DNA of 64,000 nucleotides from Octopus sinensis (Eukaryota): NCBI RefSeq assembly GCF_006345805.1, contig NC_043020.1, positions 15,438,001 to 15,502,000 of the forward strand, read 5' to 3'. Shown piece by piece: positions 55,725 to 64,000 of this stretch (position 1 is its first letter; each line of letters starts with the position of its first letter). The notes under the pieces were generated by a model. It saw only the letters and a program-made list of their open reading frames with translations, ran no database searches and was not told where the DNA came from. The position numbers and the translations under genes were made by a program.

Positions 55725-56700
55725 ATATCACAGAATGGAAAAGATGTGGAGAGACGAAGGTGAAGAGCTATAATAGCTGCAGACGAATGTGTACAGACGG
55801 AAAGAAAAAGTCTAGTCGAATATTTACAGAGCAGCACAGAAAAACTACTAAAGACAGTTGATAAAGAACAGGCGATGGAGCGCGTATTAGGAGAAAAGAA
55901 CAAGAATGAAATACAAAGAGAGTACATCAGACATATTGAAGAGAAACCTCTTCATGGCCAAGTTTGGAGAGCCACTGAAGACGTAATTGGATCAAAATAA
56001 TCCTGAGCTTGGTTAAAAAGGGCCAATTAAAAAAGTAACAAAGAGCGTAATTGTAGCAGCCCAAGATCAAGCGATAAAAACAAACAACTTGGTTTTTATC
56101 GCTTGATCTTGGGCTGCTACACTTGAAAAAAACTTGAAAAAAAAAATATATGGAGAGAATGTGTCATAAAAATGTAGAGGGGAGCTGAAGATGGAAATAC
56201 ATGGTACAATCATCGATTCGAATGAGTACTGGAGTCGGAGAAATGTAAGATTTTGTGGGACTTTCCTATTCAAACGGACAAGAAGTTAGAAAATAATAGA
56301 TCAGGCGTAACAATTATAAAGAAAAACGAACTTGCTTACTTATCGACCTATCATGCCCGTTTGATTTTAGGATCGTAAAGAAAGAGAACGAAAAAAAAAT
56401 CCCTAAAAACTTGAAATAGGGAGAATTTGGAGCATGCGAACAGTAATGGTCATGCCTGTAATAATTGGTACGTTGAGAACAGAAAGCAAAGACAGACAAA
56501 TGGCTGAAGGACATTCAAACAGAATGCTCGGTAGAGCTCCTACAGAAAGTTTGTCTCTTAGGGACAGCAAGGATTATCAGGATGGTCTAAGCACTTGAAA
56601 GACTGTTGAAAACTTGTGGATACCTAATGTTGCAGGTAGTAACCTACTACCCACGTAAATCCTACCAGAAATAAAACCGAACCTGAGCCAAACCAAAATG
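55725..56700 (+). mobile_element. Decayed R4/Dong-clade retrotransposon (post-RT region to 3' UTR)
   Basis: KPLHGQVWR, VIVAAQDQAIKT, ILWDFPIQTD and LLQKVCLLGTARII motifs with frameshifts. Confidence 0.8.
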
Positions 56701-57863
56701 ATAAGAATAAATGTTTTGCCTTGGTGTAAAAGATGGGCTACAGCAAATATTCTGCTCAGTACCGCAGAGGTGCTTGACAGTTGTTTGATCTTAACAAGTT
56801 AAGCATGTCCCTTGGTGGTTGACAACACGTGCTTCTCTGATCTCGGGTAGAAATAGTGGGGGAGCATCATAGCCATATGTGGAGAGGAACTCTTTGGGGT
56901 TGAATAATTCACTTCTGGAAATATGGGTGTTTTGTTCGACATCCTTAAACAACCCTTATTCAGGGACCTTTTGAGTGGGATGGGCCACACGACCTGAAGA
57001 AAATGTCACGTACATGTGGTTGTGATGCATGTATGTACCTGGTGTACCCTTATCAGACAGATTATCATGATGGGTATATTGGTTTCGTATATTTATGCCC
57101 CAATGTCGCTTTGATGGCATGCGTTGCTCTCTTACTCAATAATAATAATAATAATAACAATAATAGCTTCTAATTTAGCACAGTAGCAGTAATTTTGAAG
57201 GAAGAGATAATCGATGCATCCAGTACTTGAGTGGAACTTTATTTCCTCGATCCAGAAAGGATGAAAGGCAAATTAGACTTAAGCGAAATTTGAACTCTGA
57301 ACTAAAACAGCTGGAACGAATGCCGAAAGGCATTTTATCCGACGCTCTAACGGTTCTGCCAATAACGTAAATGTCTGCAAAGGCTGCAAGGCATGTTCTT
57401 GACACTGTAACGATTCCATTAGTCCATTAATGGCTTTAAAATAATTTATGCAATGTGACATTATTATTTCTTCCAGTTTAATCTCTAAGTCTAATACACT
57501 ATGTGATTCCACGTATTTATGTGGGCCACTTCGCTTATATCGTACGTGTGACTGTGGGCGACGGGACACACAGACAAGAAGAAGAAGAACGGGGCGGAGA
57601 AACCAGGTGTTATCCTTTTTTTTCGTTACACGAAGAATTAAAAAAAAACCTCCTGCTTTTTTACTCATTTTCATGCATTACACATATGCATACATATAAT
57701 ATTATGTATGCATGTATATATGTATGTATGTATGTATGTATATGTGTATGTATGTATATGTGTATGTATGTATGTATGTATGTATGTATGTATGTATGTA
57801 TGTATGTATGTATGTACATACAAATATATGTATGTAGTATGTATGATGTATGTATGTACATAC

Positions 57864-57907
<44 letters not shown>

Positions 57908-58044
57908 TATATATATATATATATATATTGGCGTGTGTGTGTACGTGCGTGTACGTGTGTATGTTTGGATGTATGCTTGTGTGTATGTGTGTATTTATGT
58001 ATGCATGTATAATATATACACAGAACTTTATGACAACAGGGTTG

Positions 58045-58081
58045 TATATAAAAAGAGCAGTTCTTGGTGTAGCAGTCATTC
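58045..58081 (+). promoter_or_regulatory. TATA box and initiator of the serine protease gene
   Basis: TATATAAAAAG at 58045-58055; TCATTC Inr at 58076-58081 with the +1 A 31 nt after TATAAAA; ATG in AAAATG context at 58109. Confidence 0.7.
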
Positions 58082-58108
58082 TGTAAACTTGAGCAGGTTT
58101 AAAGAAAA

Positions 58109-58157
58109 ATGTTCCTTTTACTGACGGCGTTCTCTTTCGCTTTATTTGCATGCGGAG
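58109..58157 (+). CDS. S1A serine protease exon 1 (signal peptide MFLLLTAFSFALFACG)
   Basis: Hydrophobic leader; donor G/GTAAGT at 58158; phase 1 joins exon 2 as GAT (Asp). Confidence 0.75.
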
Positions 58158-58560
58158 GTAAGTGACATTTTGTTACTGCAATCTGAAGATAAAAATGTCC
58201 GTATTATCTTCTTTTGCGTTAATTTCTAATATAGAGCTTGAACGCTGAATGCGGCAAATGATATTTAGAATGATATTCGAATTTATCCATAACTTCATGA
58301 GTCCTGTGCCAAGAAACCAAGAACAAAACAGAAACGTAGTGAAAACTCAAGACACCAAACAAGGAAAAAATAACGAACAAACAAAACAAAAACAAAACAA
58401 CAGACATAGACGCAGCCGTGGCTTTGTTAGTAAGAAGTTTGCTTCCCAACTACGTGTTTAGGAGTTCAGTTCCACTGCGTGGCACCTTGGACAAGTGCCT
58501 TCTACTATAGCCTCGGGTCGACTTGTGAATGGATTTGGTAGACGGAAACTGAAAGAAATC

Positions 58561-58752
58561 CGTGAGCTCCTACACGCATTTTTTCTCTCCTTGTTTCTCT
58601 CCTTTTTTTTCTGTGTATCTTTCTCTCGAAGAGCGTAGGCTTGAAACGTAAAAGACTTGTTCTATTTCTATTCCTGAGCGCTATACTAATACATTTGTTT
58701 GTTTGTACTCCACATGCCTTCGTCTTTTGTTTATTTTCGTAAACCTTCCCGT
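58561..58752 (+). mobile_element. PLE pseudo-LTR copy, inverted relative to 59770-59945, with a degenerate hammerhead at 58618-58655
   Basis: tcttt CTCTCGA a gagc-gtag-gctt GAAA cg TA aaaga; similar to the reverse complement of 59770-59945; ends at a (TA)n tract. Confidence 0.6.
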
Positions 58753-58875
58753 TATATATATATATTGGCCTGCTCGCTTAACCACCGAGGCGGCGTCATT
58801 TGAAGGCTAAAACAATGCGAAGCGCATTGTGACCAGCGATGTGTAGCAACATCTGATAGCCTGGTCGGTCACGTG

Positions 58876-58919
<44 letters not shown>

Positions 58920-59282
58920 CGCAGCACGAGTTTAATTTGTTCCACGACTGAGCTAGTTTTACGATTTACTCGTTTTACAAGGGTATTCGGCTCACAATAG
59001 CAAGGCCGTTAGTTCGATTCCCGACGGTGCGTTGTATGCTTCAGCAAGACACTTTATTTCCCATCCCTCCTGTTCACTCAGCTGGCAAAAATGAGTAGTA
59101 CCTGCAGCTGAAAGGGCCAGCATTGTCACAATCTGTGTCACGCTGAATCTTCCCGAGAACTACGTTAAGGTTACGCGTGTCTGTGGAGTGTTCGCCACTT
59201 GTACGTTAATTTCACGAGCAAGCTGTTCCGTTGATCGTATCAACTGGAAAACCTCATTGTCGTAACCAACGGAATACCAGTG

Positions 59283-59317
<35 letters not shown>

Positions 59318-59438
59318 CCGAAATTGCGAGGATGATCTGGTTCTTGACTGAAGATAGAAGGCTTCGAATGTCCCGTCCGTGTTTTCTGCATCGTCTTCTT
59401 AATGTTTTGCGTTCTTGTCCCAGTTTGTATTTTTTACA

Positions 59439-59489
<51 letters not shown>

Positions 59490-59769
59490 ACACACATATT
59501 ATATATATATGTATGTATGTATGTATATATATATATATATATATATATGCGTGTGTATATATGTATATATATATATATATATATTATATTAATATATATA
59601 TACATGTATGTATATATTATGTATGTATATATATGTATATATATATATTACATGTATATATATATACATGATATATATATATATGTATATATATATGTAC
59701 ATATATATGTATATATATATATATATTATATTATAATATGTGTGTGTGTGTGTGTGTGTGTATGTTATA

Positions 59770-60760
59770 TATAGTTGAAATTACAGAAAAACAAAAGATG
59801 AAGACAAGTGTATAAAAACAAGCAAGTGTATTAGTTTAACGCTCGGGAAGGTGAGAAAGTCATTTACGTTTCGAGCCTACGCTCTTCAACAGAAAGGAAC
59901 ACGCGGAAATAAACAGAGAGAGGAAAAATCGTGTGGATTAAGGAATCAATCATGGCGACTGGTTGGAAAAAAGTAGTTGGACTAGAGAGCTAGGAAGACT
60001 GGTGATCCCAAAACGAAGGTGCGCGTGCGTGTGTGCATGTGAGAGTGTGTAAGTGTGTGCGTGTGGATAGGGGTTAGTGACTTTGACATGTGGATGTGTG
60101 TGTAAGTGTGTGCGTCTGTGGGTGTGTGGGTGTACAGATGATGGTGTGTGGTGTGGGTGCCGAGAAGTGGTCAGTGCTAGTGTGTGTGGAGTGGTGTGGG
60201 GTGGTGTAATGTGGTGGTATGAGGTGTGGTGTGTATGTGTGGGTATGTGGGGATGTGAGGGTTGGGTGTAAGTTTGGGGAGATGATGTGGGTGTGAGGAT
60301 GTGGGTAGGGATGTAGCAGTGGTTGTGTGGGTAGGAGTGGTGTATGTTGGAGTGGGGTGTGGATGGAAGGGGTATCAATGAAGAGAGAAGATGGGTAGGA
60401 GTGAAGAGAGAAAATAGGTGTCAGGACAAGAGAGGAGAGGTAGATAGGAGTGAAGAGAGGAAGTAGGTGGAGGAAGTAGGTTTCAGATGAAGAGAGGAGA
60501 GGAGGGAAGGGGAGTTGAACCCATGTGGTACAAAGGAGCGAAAAGAGAAGATTAATTCTCGTTCACGGCGAAGGCGGGAGTCCGGATGGCCCATGTGCAA
60601 AGACAATTCGAATACAGAAAGGTGTTGTAATGCATGACCCGTAGAGCGGAAATGTTGCGAGACTGGGGTGTCATTGCCGAGTCTAATGTCTAAGAGGTGC
60701 TCCGCGAACCGGTCAGCCAAGCAGCGTCCCGTTTCACCGATGTACAACGACGAGGTGCTG
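59770..60760 (-). mobile_element. 5'-truncated Penelope-like element: GIY-YIG endonuclease end, 3' spacer and pseudo-LTR
   Basis: YIGETGRCLADRFAEHL..PVSQHF...RERELIFSFRSFVPHGFN (60421-60747); hammerhead-like cttt CTGTTGA a gagc-gtag-gctc GAAA cg TA at 59896-59861. Confidence 0.85.
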
Positions 60761-61371
60761 AAATGTTTCTGACTTTAAGGGTATCACGGAAGACCTGGTC
60801 CTTAAGTGTGTATCGGAAAGGGGAATATGTTGAATAAAATCATAATTAACTGATCCTCCTGTATTTTCTTTATACAAAACACATACACACACATACACAC
60901 GCGCGCACACACATATTAAATAACTGTGTCTGTATATGTACAAATTATGCATTTAGGTGTATCTGTTCGCATGTCTCTGTGTCTGTGCATATAAATATGC
61001 ATGTAGCCAAGAAAAAAGTAACAACAACAATGGATCAGTAATTCGGTACAATTGTTTCATACTGAGAACATTTTTATTTGAAGCTGCAAATATTACAGCA
61101 AATATAATGTCCAGTATTCATCAGCCAAATCACATATATGTTTTCCAACCATCCTAGAAAGTGTAAATATCCTTATGAAGCATTCAGAGAGAGAGTTCCA
61201 TGTATATGCATGTATATGGATGCGTCTATGCGCATGTGTGTGTATATTATGTGATTTTTGTGTATGTGTATCTCTGACTACGTGTGTATATGTGTGTATG
61301 TAATACATGCATTGTGCCTTCTTGCACATCAGATGTTTTATAACAATAAGCCAGCTGTTCCTGTCTTGCAG

Positions 61372-61534
61372 ATGTCCATGCTAAGAAGCTCCACCACATA
61401 ATAGGAGGAACTGCTGCCAAGAAGTGTGAAGTCCCTTACATCGCAGTAGTTTATGTAAAAAGAGGTGCTAAGGGTTTCCTTTGCGGTGGTTCTTTCATAG
61501 ACGATAGACACGTCTTGACGGCTGCTCACTGCTT
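61372..61534 (+). CDS. S1A (trypsin-family) serine protease exon 2: propeptide, mature N-terminus and catalytic His
   Basis: (D)VHAKKLHH-IIGGTAAKKCEVPYIAVVYVKRGAKGFLCGGSFIDDRHVLTAAHC; acceptor cctgtcttgcag; donor GTAAGT at 61535 (phase 2). Later exons not found in the window. Confidence 0.92.
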
Positions 61535-61775
61535 GTAAGTAACTGTTATTAATTGATCAATTAATTAATTTAATTAACTAGTTAAATTAAATAATATGCT
61601 TTATTAATTAATATATTTATTTGTTAATATATTTATTTATGAATTTATTTATTCAGCATCTACCTGGCACAATTGCCAGCAAAAAGGCGATTGGTACATT
61701 GACTTACCACGACTGATTATGGTATGACTAATAATGTTGTTAATGCTATCTATCATCTATCTATCTATCTATCTC

Positions 61776-61812
<37 letters not shown>

Positions 61813-61855
61813 TGTATATATATATAATATATATATATTATATATATATATAATA

Positions 61856-61902
<47 letters not shown>

Positions 61903-62007
61903 TATATATAAGTTCAGCACAAAATTTAGATTCAAATGAATATGGTACTTAAGTCAGATGCACCAGAATTTTGTACGGCATTATCCATATAAATCCATGG
62001 GGTGATT

Positions 62008-62236
62008 ATAATCAAAGTAAGCAACAAGAATATCTTCGGTAATTTAGTACGATCGTTTCATACTACATCATTTTATTAAACATTGTAAGTATTTCATCAG
62101 TTTTAACATGTTGAGCAATCTTCAGCCATTCATAGAGGTAAAACTGATGTAATACTTACAATGTTTAATAAAATGATGTAGCATGAAACGATCGTAACAA
62201 ATTACCGAAGATATTCTTGTAGCTTACTTTGATTAT
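62008..62236. repeat. Palindrome (about 90-bp arms) of two divergent hammerhead-like units
   Basis: Minus arm: CTGATGA a atact...agtat GAAA cgatcg TA (62100-62048). Plus arm: same but CTGATGT. Stem I is not evident. Confidence 0.8.
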
Positions 62237-62614
62237 CTATATCTATATATTTATATTTGTCTGTCTGTCTGTCTGTCTCTTAGTCTGCCTATCTGCTTGT
62301 CTGTTTGCCTGTCCATCTAACTACCTATCTGTTTGTTTCCCTGTCGGTCTCCCCATCTATCTATCCGTTTCCCACCCTGTCTGTCTCTTTGTTTATCTCC
62401 CAATCTATTTCTATATCTACCACTTACCTTATATATTCCTTTGAAATATTAAAACTCATCCCTGGGTCAGGAACGTGCTGTTGGCTGCTGCTTGATTAAA
62501 CAAGGTAGTGCAATGCATATCCGTACTAAAGTTATAAATTTCAATTATTGCTTACCGTAAATCTTTTAATGAAAATTTATACAAATCCCTTCCAAACCGC
62601 ACACTCTTTACCCT

Positions 62615-62809
62615 TTACTCTCTTACTTGTTTCAGTCATTTGACTGCGGCCATGCTGGAGCACCGCCTATACTCGACCCCGGGACTTATTCTTTTTGTAA
62701 GCCCAGTACTTATTCTATCGGTCACTTTTTGTCGAACCGCTAAGTGACGGGGACGTAAACACACCAGCATTGGTTGTCAAGCAATGCTAGGGGAACAAAC
62801 ACAGACACA

Positions 62810-62877
<68 letters not shown>

Positions 62878-63040
62878 TATACGACAGGCTTCTTTCAGTT
62901 TCCGCCTACCAAATCCACTCACAAGGCATTGGTCGGCCCGGGGCTATAGCAGAAGACACTTGCCCAAGATGCCACGCAGTAGGACTGAACCCGGAACCTT
63001 GTGGTTGGTTAGCAAGCTACTTACCACACAGCCACTCCTG
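62615..63040 (-). mobile_element. SINE family B
   Basis: Matches the family. Confidence 0.85.
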
Positions 63041-63582
63041 ACATAGGTTACGATTATAAAGAAATTTGTTTGGAAAAGTTTTTTCGGGGATTTCCCCCAT
63101 TTTTTTTAAAGCACAGTCTTCGAAATGATGGGGTTGGGTGGGAGGCATCTTTGTATGAAAAAAGTCTTCTAATAGTAATTACCCAACTTTCTAGGCTCTT
63201 CTCACAGCTAAATGTTTAAAATCATACGTGTATTTTCCAAAATTTTCATTCAATAAATAATGTTTTTACATTACGTATACATTAATAGCGAATTAAAACT
63301 TAAAAGAGAAAGTGAAAGAGTTTTGCAAATGAAATTGGAATACACCGCAGTGAATGCAATGAATATTTAAAGTTATGATGAATTGGACGCAGTGAATATT
63401 TAAATTTGCGAGAAATTGGAGTTAAAAAATTCTATAAACTTGAGAAATCCAAATTATAGGAAACTTCATAGAAAATGAATTTATAAAGATATTTCCAAAC
63501 GGTCAACTCTTTAATTATTGCTTTCTTTTAGTAATTATAGTAATTGTTATATACCTAATTAATAAGCAGCTTTCTCCATTTT

Positions 63583-64000
63583 AGTATGTATGTATGTATG
63601 TATGTATGTATGTATGTATGTATGTATGTATGTATATATGTATGTATGTATGTATGTATGTGTGTGTATGTATGTATGTATGTATGTATGTATGTATGTA
63701 TGTATGTATGTATTTACGTATGTATGTATGTATTTGTGTGTGTGTGTATGTATGTATGTATGTATGTATGTATGTATGTATGTAGTGTGTGTATGTATGT
63801 ATGTGTGTATGTATGTATGTATGCATGTATGTATTTATGTATGTATGTATGTATGTATGTATGTGTGTGTGTATGTATGTATGTATGTATGTATGTATGT
63901 ATTTACGTATGTATGTATGTATGTATGTATGTATGTATGTGTTGTGTGTGTGTATGTATGTATGTATTTACGTATGTATGTATGTATGTATGTATGTATG
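63583..64000. repeat. (TATG)n microsatellite
   Basis: Read directly from the sequence. Confidence 0.95.

Noticed and set aside
61657-61745. Possible exon 3 of the protease
   Set aside because: The required phase-2 frame stops after 14 codons and has no S1 motifs.

Overview
AT-rich, microsatellite- and SINE-dense animal genomic DNA; the repeat families look like octopus/cephalopod ones (recognised, not searched). Two genes can be built from splice sites on the + strand. (1) A giant single-pass transmembrane mucin: a 5.3-kb Pro/Thr/Ser exon, a SEA domain split over three exons with an FRQG/SVVV autoproteolysis motif, a TM exon and a cytoplasmic exon (2395-19018; first and last exons not securely found). 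Its intron positions and phases match human MUC1 as I recall that gene. (2) The first two exons of a secreted trypsin-family (S1A) serine protease with TATA/Inr promoter (58045-61534). Between them, old SINE copies show strong CpG decay (about 38-55 kb), which may mark the body of an unrecognised small-exon gene. The rest is tRNA-derived SINEs, R4/Dong-, RTE- and CR1-like LINE fragments, Tc1/mariner relics, piggyBac-like MITEs, non-autonomous Helitrons and Penelope-like element (PLE) remnants. At least seven loci carry minimal type I hammerhead ribozyme motifs, including head-to-head palindromic pairs whose catalytic 3-8 base pair is swapped to G-C or U-A.
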